NCBI GenBank assembly: GCA_964405665.1
Contig: CAYOOT010000033.1
Coordinates: forward strand, 6,617-28,169
Length of the DNA: 21,553 bases
Source of the DNA: an uncultured Bdellovibrionales bacterium
GTDB taxonomy: Bacteria > Bdellovibrionota_C > UBA2361 > SZUA-149 > CAZDWZ01
Reading direction: 5' to 3'
The notes under the pieces were generated by a model. It was not told where the DNA came from and ran no database searches. It saw only the letters and a list, made by a program, of their open reading frames with translations. The translations under genes and the position numbers were made by a program. Shown one piece after another: positions 1 through 7,848 of the stretch; position 1 is the first letter of the stretch, and each line of letters starts with the position of its first letter.

Positions 1-74
1 GCTCCGTACGTATCTTGGATTGTGTATATTACAAATTATACAATTTAATTTACATTCTCTAATTTTTAGTTCCT

Positions 75-1376
75 CTAAAATTTAAAACAGTTAGGAAACT
101 TCCAGGAATTTCTCTTACAAAACAAGACTTGATAAAGCTCCATGGTAGAATCCATAAAACCTGCTTCACAAAGTTGTAAATAATAATCCCACATCCGAAA
201 AAATCGTTGGTTGAATTTTCGATCAAGGGAACTTATTTTTGTCCAATTTTTGACAAAGTTTTTTTGCCAATGATTCAATGTAATCGCATAGTGGGGCTTC
301 CAATTTTCAATGTGACCGATTAGTAGGTCAGCTTGGCGCATTCCTTGAGATAGTTCTTCTAATCGGGGCAGGCGAAAACCGGGGAAAATATGTTTTCTAA
401 TCCAAGGATCTGATGCCTGGTGGGGAGGATCTTCTGTTCCGATAGAATGCAGTAACCCAACTCCTTCTGGTTTGATTAATTCCGTCAGTTTTTTAAAAAA
501 TACCGGATAAGAGGCCAAGCCAACATGCTCAAACATTCCGATACTTACAATGTAATCATAAGAACCTTCCAAGAGACGATAATCTTGAAGAAAAACTTGA
601 ATTCTATTCTCCAAGCCTTGCTCTTTTATTTGTTGAGAAACATGAGCATACTGTTCATTACTTAAAGTGACTCCGACAGCTGTGATGTTAGGAAAATTCT
701 TTGCAGCGTAAAATAGCATTCCTCCCCAACCACAACCGATATCCAATAATTTTCCACCTTTTTCCAAATTCAATTTTTTGCAAATACGGCGATATTTTTG
801 TTCTTGCATTTTTTCCAGCGAATCTTCCGCTTGTTCTTGGTAACCGCAGGAATAGGTAAGAGAGCGATCTAACATTAATTTATAAAAATCATTTCCTAAA
901 TCATAATGATGTTCAATTGCCCGCTTTGCAAAAGGAATGTAAAAAGGATTGCTGGAAAATTCCCTAAGCTTATTTTGAATTTTAACGAACAAATTGCTAC
1001 TAATGTAACTTTCTAGCCTATTACCCAAGGTTAGACGGAAAAAATCAACTAAGCGATTATTGTCAACATCCCACCAACCATCAAGATAACTGTCACCCAA
1101 GGCCAGAGTACCGCCTTTGATAATTCTTTGAAAAAAATTACGATTATAAATTTCTATTTTTACAGTAGGTAACAGCTCGGATTTTACGCCGAATGACCTT
1201 TTTCTGCCCCAGGGATCATTGACAATCAACAAACCATTCTTAATGTGATCCAGCAAATGATAAACTTTGTTTTGAGCATAATTATAAATCGGAGCTTTTA
1301 CTATTTGGCGATAGTCCCGAGGTAAATTTAATACTTCTAAATTATTTTCTTCATTGTCTCTAAGAGCGTAATCCAT
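75..1376 (-). CDS. cfa: cyclopropane-fatty-acyl-phospholipid synthase family SAM-dependent methyltransferase
   Basis: 433-aa ORF with ATG at 1376. SAM-binding glycine motif LLDIGCGWGG, plus the conserved YSCGY and MFEHVG blocks typical of CFA/mycolate cyclopropane synthases. Confidence 0.85.
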   Translation of the reverse strand: MDYALRDNEENNLEVLNLPRDYRQIVKAPIYNYAQNKVYHLLDHIKNGLLIVNDPWGRKRSFGVKSELLPTVKIEIYNRNFFQRIIKGGTLALGDSYLDGWWDVDNNRLVDFFRLTLGNRLESYISSNLFVKIQNKLREFSSNPFYIPFAKRAIEHHYDLGNDFYKLMLDRSLTYSCGYQEQAEDSLEKMQEQKYRRICKKLNLEKGGKLLDIGCGWGGMLFYAAKNFPNITAVGVTLSNEQYAHVSQQIKEQGLENRIQVFLQDYRLLEGSYDYIVSIGMFEHVGLASYPVFFKKLTELIKPEGVGLLHSIGTEDPPHQASDPWIRKHIFPGFRLPRLEELSQGMRQADLLIGHIENWKPHYAITLNHWQKNFVKNWTKISSLDRKFNQRFFRMWDYYLQLCEAGFMDSTMELYQVLFCKRNSWKFPNCFKF

Positions 1377-1509
1377 AATATTTCCAAAGATTATTACTAA
1401 TAAATCCTGGCTATTAAACCTTTGTTCTCGATTTATCGAATATGAGATTAATCATATTTAAAATACGATTTTTTAAAGACAGCATTAAAAGGTAAATTAT
1501 TTTAGAAAC

Positions 1510-3069
1510 TTAAGTCTTAAAATAAGTGGCTACTGCGGCCGCTACTCTTTCTCCATCCATCGCAGCGGACATAATTCCACCGGCATACCCACCACCTTCT
1601 CCGGAAGGAAAGAGTCCCGCGATATCGGGATGCATTAAAGATTTATTGTCCCGAGGAATGCGCAGGGGTGAAGAGGTCCGAGATTCAACGGCAAGCACTA
1701 CCGCTTCTTCAGTTAAATAACCTTTTTTTGTTTGAGCAAAATTTTTAAATCCCAAAACAAGACGCTCAAAAAGCTGTTGAGGAAATAGTTCTGAAAGATT
1801 AACTGATTTTATTCCCGGTAGATAGGAACAATTAGGAAGGTTATTGGAATTTTTTCCGGAAATAAAGTCAGTAAGTCTTTGTGCCGGAGCAACTTGTTTT
1901 CCTCCGCCAAGTAAATATGCTTTTTCTTCCAGTGCTTGTTGAAAAGAAACACCGGCAAATTCAGCGTCTTTTTTAAAAGGCAGTAAATCATCTTCTTTGA
2001 TTTCGGAAACAATTCCGGAGTTGGCAAAATATGAATTTCTTTTGGAAGGGGACCAACCGTTAACTACGATTTCATCATTTTTTGTAGCAGCCGGACAAAT
2101 TATTCCTCCCGGACACATGCAAAAAGAAAATACTCCGCGGTTATTGCATTGAGTAACAAGGCTATAAGATGCCGGAGGTAAATTTTTATGTCGACTCGAT
2201 CCGCGATATTGAATTTGATCGATTAACTGCTGTGGATGCTCAACTCGCACTCCAACGGCGAAAGGTTTTAATTCTAGACTGATTTCATTTTGTCGCAGCA
2301 TTTGAAAAACATCGCGGGCAGAATGACCGCTGGCAAGAATTACAGCAGATGCGAGAATAGTTTCGCCACTAAGAAGCTTTACACCTTTGATTTTTCCGGA
2401 ATCTTTAAGAATAGTCGTAACTTTTTTATTAAAATGAACTTCGCCACCGCAATCCACTATTGTTTTTCTAATTGCCTGAACCACAGCGGGCAGTTTATTT
2501 GTGCCGATATGAGGGTGAGCGTCAATTAAAATATCTAAACTTGCTCCATGAATTACCAGAATATTAAGGATTCTTTCCAGAGATCCTCTTTTACTGGAGC
2601 GGGTGAATAGTTTGCCGTCAGAAAATGTTCCCGCTCCTCCTTCTCCAAAACAATAATTACTCTCCGGATTAACAAAACCGGATTTACAAATTGCTGCAAT
2701 ATCATGTCTTCTTTCTCTGACTGTTTTCCCTCGTTCTAAAACAATTGGTTTAATTCCTAATTCAATTAATTTTAAAGCGGCAAACATTCCAGCAGGACCA
2801 AATCCCACAATCACAGCCGCATCTCTTTTAGAAACATCTTTAAGGGTCAAACTAAAAGGCTGAGTTTCTTCTTTTTTAATTCCAATCTGCACTTGAAAAC
2901 GAAGGACATATACCGCAGGATATTTTCTGGCATCTATGGAGCGACGAATAAGATTAAGATTAAATATTTCTGCAGGACGAATTTTAAGTTGTTTACTGAT
3001 TTCTTCTAAATGGAAATCCTCATCCTCAAGAAATTCTGGCAAAACTTTTATTTCTACTTCTTTCAGCAT
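1510..3069 (-). CDS. FAD-dependent oxidoreductase (COG2509-like NAD(FAD)-utilizing dehydrogenase family)
   Basis: 519-aa ORF. Rossmann dinucleotide motif VIVGFGPAGMFAALKL and a second GxGxxA-like block (ILASGHSARD). The ATG at 3069 lies 2 nt after the stop of the upstream TPM gene, indicating translational coupling. Confidence 0.8.
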   Translation of the reverse strand: MLKEVEIKVLPEFLEDEDFHLEEISKQLKIRPAEIFNLNLIRRSIDARKYPAVYVLRFQVQIGIKKEETQPFSLTLKDVSKRDAAVIVGFGPAGMFAALKLIELGIKPIVLERGKTVRERRHDIAAICKSGFVNPESNYCFGEGGAGTFSDGKLFTRSSKRGSLERILNILVIHGASLDILIDAHPHIGTNKLPAVVQAIRKTIVDCGGEVHFNKKVTTILKDSGKIKGVKLLSGETILASAVILASGHSARDVFQMLRQNEISLELKPFAVGVRVEHPQQLIDQIQYRGSSRHKNLPPASYSLVTQCNNRGVFSFCMCPGGIICPAATKNDEIVVNGWSPSKRNSYFANSGIVSEIKEDDLLPFKKDAEFAGVSFQQALEEKAYLLGGGKQVAPAQRLTDFISGKNSNNLPNCSYLPGIKSVNLSELFPQQLFERLVLGFKNFAQTKKGYLTEEAVVLAVESRTSSPLRIPRDNKSLMHPDIAGLFPSGEGGGYAGGIMSAAMDGERVAAAVATYFKT

Positions 3070-3071
3070 GA

Positions 3072-3812
3072 TTACCAGCTACCAGACGATCCGCCGCCCC
3101 CTGAACTTCCACCACCTCCGCCACTAAATCCACCGCCACCACCAGAGCTGGAAAATCCACCACTGCTGGAGCCGGAACTCCAAGAGCCATAGCCTCTTCT
3201 TCGCCGTCCAACTCCTGCATTTTGTACTGTCATTTGAATCATTACAAAGAAAATAAACATGAAAGAAAAAATAATAATCAGAAAGATAATAAAGATGCCA
3301 TTAACAGGAACATCCACGGGAGGAGGCAGCGGTTCTCCATTAATTACTTTGATAATTGCATCTACTCCTTGATCTATTCCTAAAGAAAAAGCTCCTGCCT
3401 TAAAATTAGGAGTAATGATTTCATCAATAATTCTTTTGGAAAGTAAATCAGTAAGCGCCCCCTCTAATCCTCTACCTACTTCTATTCTTAATTTACGATC
3501 ATTTTTCGCAACAACCAATAAAACACCATCATCAACTCCTTTGCGACCAAGTTTCCAGAGATCAAATACTCTAATGGCAAATTGTTCAATAGCTTCCGGT
3601 TGGACTGTGGCCACAATTAAGACGGCAATTTCTGAACCTTTAGTTTTATGAAAATCACTTAATTTTTGTTCTAAAGCATCTTTCTCGGAAGAGTTTAAGG
3701 TTCCGGTTTGATCCACCGCATATGAGGAAAAAACCGGAACGGGAACTTGAGCATGAGCAATAGGACTAAGAAAAAGGAATAATAAACTGAACTTTAAAAT
3801 TAAAGATTTCAA
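3072..3812 (-). CDS. TPM-domain (YgcG-like) secreted/membrane protein with Gly/Ser-rich C-terminal tail
   Basis: TTG start at 3812 with an AAGGAAA SD about 8 nt upstream. Signal peptide MKSLILKFSLLFLFLSPIAHA/QVP. A TPM-like globular region, then a hydrophobic helix (IFIIFLIIIFSFMFIFFVMI) and a GGGGS-like low-complexity tail. No in-frame ATG would preserve the signal peptide, which supports the TTG start. Confidence 0.8.
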   Translation of the reverse strand: MKSLILKFSLLFLFLSPIAHAQVPVPVFSSYAVDQTGTLNSSEKDALEQKLSDFHKTKGSEIAVLIVATVQPEAIEQFAIRVFDLWKLGRKGVDDGVLLVVAKNDRKLRIEVGRGLEGALTDLLSKRIIDEIITPNFKAGAFSLGIDQGVDAIIKVINGEPLPPPVDVPVNGIFIIFLIIIFSFMFIFFVMIQMTVQNAGVGRRRRGYGSWSSGSSSGGFSSSGGGGGFSGGGGGSSGGGGSSGSW

Positions 3813-3824
3813 GAATTATTTTCC

Positions 3825-4406
3825 TTAAAATTCCACTTTTGGAGGTGTGGAAATCGCCTTTTCATTTTCTACCGTAAAGTTAGGTTTAACTGACATACCC
3901 AGCCAACCAGCTGTGAGGTTAGAAGGAAATGAGCGCACAGTCACGTTGAAATTTTGCACTGCTTCAATGTAACGATGCCTAGCAACTGCTACCCGATTTT
4001 CTGTTCCTTCTAGCTGGGTCATTAAGTCCCGAAAAACTCCATCAGCTTTTAATTGTGGATAATTTTCGGCAACAGCAATTAATCGAGAAAGAGAAGAACT
4101 TAGAGCGGCTTGAGCATCTTGAAATTCTTTAAACTTTCCTGGATCATTTAAAGTATCGGAAGTGACCTTGATTTCTCCGACTTTTGCCCGAGCAGCGGTT
4201 ACTTCTTCCAGTATTTGTTTTTCATGAGCGGCGTAACCTTTAACTACGTTTACCAGATTGGGAATCAGATCGGCTCGACGTTGATACTGATTTAAAATCT
4301 CACTCCAAGATGATTTAATAATTTCATCTTGTTGCTGTAGAGTATTGTATCCGCAACTGTTTAAAGATAAAAATAATAGGACAAAGAACAAACTAATTTT
4401 TTTCAT
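3825..4406 (-). CDS. lemA: LemA family lipoprotein
   Basis: ATG at 4406 (MKKISLFFVLLFLSLNSCG, lipoprotein-type signal) preceded by an AAGGAAAAC SD. The LemA-like helical body has ARAKV...NYPQLKA...RHRYIEAV blocks. The ORF-track start at 4448 would overlap the upstream gene and lacks a signal peptide. Confidence 0.85.
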   Translation of the reverse strand: MKKISLFFVLLFLSLNSCGYNTLQQQDEIIKSSWSEILNQYQRRADLIPNLVNVVKGYAAHEKQILEEVTAARAKVGEIKVTSDTLNDPGKFKEFQDAQAALSSSLSRLIAVAENYPQLKADGVFRDLMTQLEGTENRVAVARHRYIEAVQNFNVTVRSFPSNLTAGWLGMSVKPNFTVENEKAISTPPKVEF

Positions 4407-4420
4407 AAGGTTTTCCTTTA

Positions 4421-5485
4421 TTATTGTAACCATTTTCTGACAATCCATTCCAGGCCCAAAGCTCCTTTTTTAGTATCTAGATAGAGTTTGGTTTTACCTG
4501 GAATAATACTATCATATTCCGAACTACGAACACTAATTTTTGAAAGCTCCTGAGGGGTATCCCAGGAATCGTATTTGATATAGTATTTTCTGGAACCTTT
4601 TTTTGATTTGGTACTGTATTTGTCCCTAACTATAGAAACGTGCGAAGTAACTGGAGAATGATCAAGTTTAGCATTTAATATTTGCCAAGCTCCTACGCTT
4701 GAAAAAATGCTATCGAGTAATAAAAATAAAATAAAAGGTATAAAATACAAATGAGATTTAGAATGACCTTTAATCAATTGATAAACTATAAAAGTTAAAC
4801 CAAAAAAAAGAGGAACTGATAATTTAAGAGAATTACTCAGCGCTTCATTGGAATGAAGCGCTGGATATGAACTTGAGGCAACAGAGAATAATGCTATTGC
4901 CAAAAAAGTAAAAACCATAACAAAAGAAAAAACAAGCATATTGTTGGAAATCTTCTTTGATTTTAAAATAAAACCGGAAGAAGAGTTTTTAACAATTTCA
5001 GAAACTTTGTTTTTAATTAAATAAAGTGTATTTACCAGTTCAATACAACGGGGATCACTTTCTCCTGTAGGAAATATTTGAGAAGGATTATTGGTTGTTA
5101 AGTTACCCCAAGTGATCGATAAACCTTTAGCATCATAACTAAGTTGCCTCGCACCTTGTGCGAAAATACTGTTCAGCAGTTCGATTACCGATTTGTCTTT
5201 AAAGATTGTTTCTACGGCTTGGTCGTCATCTGCAGAAATATAAAATAAATCATCGAAACCTTTGTTTCCGCTTTGAATTTCTTTAGAAAGACCGATAGAT
5301 TTGGCAAAACGATCAAAACCTTGTTCAAATCGGAGCAAAAAATCGGTTTCCCCTGGGAAATCAATATTTAACTCCATTTGATAATAAGGAGATTTCTTTT
5401 TTTTATAAAATTCAATGCGAAATGCTTTGCCTTCCGGGGTTTGCAAATTCAAAGCGGAAGAAAATGAATTGAAGAATTTCATCAT
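4421..5485 (-). CDS. membrane protein of unknown function (N-terminal cytoplasmic domain, 3 TM helices, C-terminal beta-rich domain)
   Basis: Long ORF co-directional with LemA/TPM. Three strongly hydrophobic segments (MLVFSFVMVFTFLAIALFSV, LSVPLFFGLTFIVYQLI, LYFIPFILFLLLDSIFSSV). The track start at 5500 is a TTG; the first ATGs are at 5485 and 5482. Start is uncertain. Confidence 0.6.
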   Translation of the reverse strand: MMKFFNSFSSALNLQTPEGKAFRIEFYKKKKSPYYQMELNIDFPGETDFLLRFEQGFDRFAKSIGLSKEIQSGNKGFDDLFYISADDDQAVETIFKDKSVIELLNSIFAQGARQLSYDAKGLSITWGNLTTNNPSQIFPTGESDPRCIELVNTLYLIKNKVSEIVKNSSSGFILKSKKISNNMLVFSFVMVFTFLAIALFSVASSSYPALHSNEALSNSLKLSVPLFFGLTFIVYQLIKGHSKSHLYFIPFILFLLLDSIFSSVGAWQILNAKLDHSPVTSHVSIVRDKYSTKSKKGSRKYYIKYDSWDTPQELSKISVRSSEYDSIIPGKTKLYLDTKKGALGLEWIVRKWLQ

Positions 5486-5521
5486 GCCTGTTTTTAGCAA
5501 AGATTAGAGGAAAATGAAATA

Positions 5522-5547
5522 TAAAAGACAGAATTAAAAGACAGAAT
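5522..5547. repeat. perfect 13-bp tandem direct repeat (TAAAAGACAGAAT x2)
   Basis: Read directly: 5522-5534 and 5535-5547 are identical, and the pair abuts the large inverted repeat. Confidence 0.9.
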
Positions 5548-5550
5548 AAA

Positions 5551-5653
5551 CATGTTCGGAGCGCGGACTTTAGTCCGCTTATTACCAAACATTTGTTATT
5601 GCTATATTAATATATTTGGAAGTAAGCGGACTAAAGTCCGCGCTCCGAACGTG
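5551..5653. repeat. GC-rich inverted repeat (27-bp perfect arms, about 43-nt AT-rich spacer), each arm containing a nested 16-bp perfect palindrome GCGGACT-TT/AA-AGTCCGC
   Basis: 5554-5580 GTTCGGAGCGCGGACTTTAGTCCGCTT is the exact reverse complement of 5624-5650. With flanking imperfect pairing the arms reach about 36 bp. It sits between the flotillin stop (5684) and the next gene's start. Confidence 0.9.
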
Positions 5654-5683
5654 TTATAATTTTTTCTAAGACTCTGCCAGCTC

Positions 5684-7681
5684 TTACTTATTATTTGCAA
5701 TCCCCTCTTTAATCTGAGCGCGAATTTCATCAGCTTGAGCATTACGAGGAGTACTTTGAGTGTTGATATTCAATCCCACTCTTTCAGTCAAAAGCATACT
5801 CAAGAGTCCTTCGATGATATTATTACTGCCGCTGAAACTTCCTTTTTCGCCGTCTTTGGCAGAATAATTTCCACCACCACCGACAACTACTTTGGGAACG
5901 ATATCAACTCCGGATTTTTCAATTGATTCTGCCAAGCGCATAATGGCTTGTTGCATTACTTGGAATTGTGGTCCGCCGTAAGCTCTCACTTGTTCTTCTG
6001 TGGCAATGGCGTTGGCGATACCGATTCGCGTTACTTTTTCTGATTCCGCTTCCGCCATTGTGCGAATTTGAGCGGCCTGTTGTAAGGCGCGTTGGTATTC
6101 TGCTTTACCTTGGTTACTTTGAATTTGAATGCTGATTTCAGATTCTGTCAAAGTTGATTGCTGACGGGACTTGGCTTCTGCTTCTTTAAGTTCTCGTTCT
6201 TTAACGGCAGCTTTTTCTTGCCTGTTGTAAGTTTCAACTTGTTCTTCGGCAATCTGACGAGAGCGAAGTTGGGTAAGAATTTGTTCAATTTGATTACCGG
6301 TTCCCGCACCAGGAGTTCCAATTAGCACTTCTTCCAGTTCCAAATTATAATGTTCAAATCGATCACGCATATGAACGCCGGCAGTGGTTTGAATTTCGGC
6401 TCGATCTTGTAACAATTGAATTAAAGTTTTAGTTTGCGCGGTATTTTTAAAATATGCGGAAATCATCGGATCTAAAGTTTGTTCCACCAGAATTTTAATA
6501 TTTCCAAAACGTTGAATTACCAAAGGCGCTTTTTTGTAATCAATGTGCACGACAACGCTTAAAGGTAAAGTTGGTTCAAAAGCATCCTTAGTGATTAAAG
6601 AAACTTCTTGCAGATTTTCGTCATATTTATGTTCTCCGACTTCAGATTTTTTCCAATTAAGGATGAAGTTTGTTGTCGGGACAAGAGAGATACTTCCTGC
6701 AAAAATATTAAAAGCGTATTTGCCCGGAAGAAGTGGTTCATCCCAAACACCGCGTTGTCCTTTTTTAACTAATTCTCCATGTTTATATCCTGCTCCCGAT
6801 AAATCAGCTCCGGTTTCACCGGTAAAAGAAACCACCACTCCGACATGTCCCACCGGAATAGTTGTTTTGGGAATCATTTCTACAGTAGCAAAAAGGCGAT
6901 TGATATAATAAGTTCCGTCAACTAAAACTTGATATTGTCTGCCTCTAAATCCTCCGGCGGCAATAAATGATTCCGGATCTTGAAAGCTATTATGATATGT
7001 TGCAAAGTTTTTAGGATCGCTTCCCACAACTGGTGCAATAATTTCCCCTTGGGGCAAAGCATGACCATCGTGAATAGTAACAATTCCTATAGAATCATCT
7101 TTACCTCGAATAATTACCGGATGAAAACCTCCGCGCTCTTCAATGGTTCCTGCGGTTTGTTGAAAGAGATCGCTTTCACCCGCATCGAGATCTAAATAGT
7201 ATACGGTATCAGTTGTAAAAACTATAAATTGAGCAAGATTAATCGCATATGTTCCTTCTCTCAGTATTTTTCTTTGCGGACCTTTTTGTCCCCCACATTC
7301 TAGAAATTTTCTGACATTTTGAAAATCATTTGCTTTAATGTTGGAGGCTAGAGTTTGATCGGCTTTTAATGTTTCCCCGTCTCTTGCAAAAACATAACCA
7401 ATTGTTCCTTGGGGAATAGTGACCAGCGGCATAATATGAATTCGATACATAAAAGGTTTCATAAAATGCCAACCACCACGAAGAACGTCCGGTTGAAAAC
7501 CAGCCTCGCCGTTTAATGCAATGAAACCATTTTCAACCGATCCATTGAAGCTGAAGATCTTTTCAATTACGCCAATCTTGCTGTTGGAAATAAATCTGAT
7601 GACACCGGAAAAATAAATAAATGCCAAAGATAAAGCTGCACCAATGACGATAACATTGTGTTCAAAAATGAAAGTAAACAT
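5684..7681 (-). CDS. SPFH/band-7 flotillin-like protein (YqiK/FloT-like)
   Basis: 665 aa. N-terminal TM helix, an SPFH domain, and a long EA-rich coiled-coil region (AEEQVETYNRQEKAAVKERELKEAEAKSRQQ...) with a flotillin-type C-terminus. Confidence 0.85.
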   Translation of the reverse strand: MFTFIFEHNVIVIGAALSLAFIYFSGVIRFISNSKIGVIEKIFSFNGSVENGFIALNGEAGFQPDVLRGGWHFMKPFMYRIHIMPLVTIPQGTIGYVFARDGETLKADQTLASNIKANDFQNVRKFLECGGQKGPQRKILREGTYAINLAQFIVFTTDTVYYLDLDAGESDLFQQTAGTIEERGGFHPVIIRGKDDSIGIVTIHDGHALPQGEIIAPVVGSDPKNFATYHNSFQDPESFIAAGGFRGRQYQVLVDGTYYINRLFATVEMIPKTTIPVGHVGVVVSFTGETGADLSGAGYKHGELVKKGQRGVWDEPLLPGKYAFNIFAGSISLVPTTNFILNWKKSEVGEHKYDENLQEVSLITKDAFEPTLPLSVVVHIDYKKAPLVIQRFGNIKILVEQTLDPMISAYFKNTAQTKTLIQLLQDRAEIQTTAGVHMRDRFEHYNLELEEVLIGTPGAGTGNQIEQILTQLRSRQIAEEQVETYNRQEKAAVKERELKEAEAKSRQQSTLTESEISIQIQSNQGKAEYQRALQQAAQIRTMAEAESEKVTRIGIANAIATEEQVRAYGGPQFQVMQQAIMRLAESIEKSGVDIVPKVVVGGGGNYSAKDGEKGSFSGSNNIIEGLLSMLLTERVGLNINTQSTPRNAQADEIRAQIKEGIANNK

Positions 7682-7790
7682 TGGAATGTGCCCTTTGAGA
7701 GTTAATAATTGTTTAGCTTTTTTTGATGTTATTAAGATTTTGAAGATTCAATTTTCAGCAAAATCGAAGTCATTACTTATAAAACTACTA

Positions 7791-7819
7791 TTGGTATGGG
7801 GTTTAAAGAATGCTATATT
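7791..7819 (+). promoter_or_regulatory. candidate sigma70-type promoter for the pseudokinase gene (TTGGTA-17-TATATT)
   Basis: -35 at 7791-7796 and -10 at 7814-7819, about 30 nt upstream of the ATG at 7849. Sequence-only prediction in an AT-rich divergent intergenic region. Confidence 0.3.
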
Positions 7820-7848
7820 CGCCGAACTAACAAAATTAAACAGGTAAT

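Noticed and set aside
1526-2529. Small plus-strand ORFs (64 aa, 79 aa) and a minus-strand 72-aa ORF inside the FAD-oxidoreductase gene
   Set aside because: They are nested within, or antisense to, a well-supported long CDS, and show no SD or independent signal.
3010-3220. Pro-rich 60-aa plus-strand ORF and 64-aa minus-strand ORF overlapping the TPM tail
   Set aside because: These are antisense or alternate-frame artefacts of the Gly/Ser-rich low-complexity coding region. GGN codons read as CCN (Pro) on the opposite strand.
6543-7195. Plus-strand ORFs (121 aa, 71 aa) antisense to the flotillin gene, and the 67-aa ORF at 7644-7847
   Set aside because: They are antisense to a strong CDS or lie in an AT-rich divergent promoter region, with low-complexity translations and no RBS.
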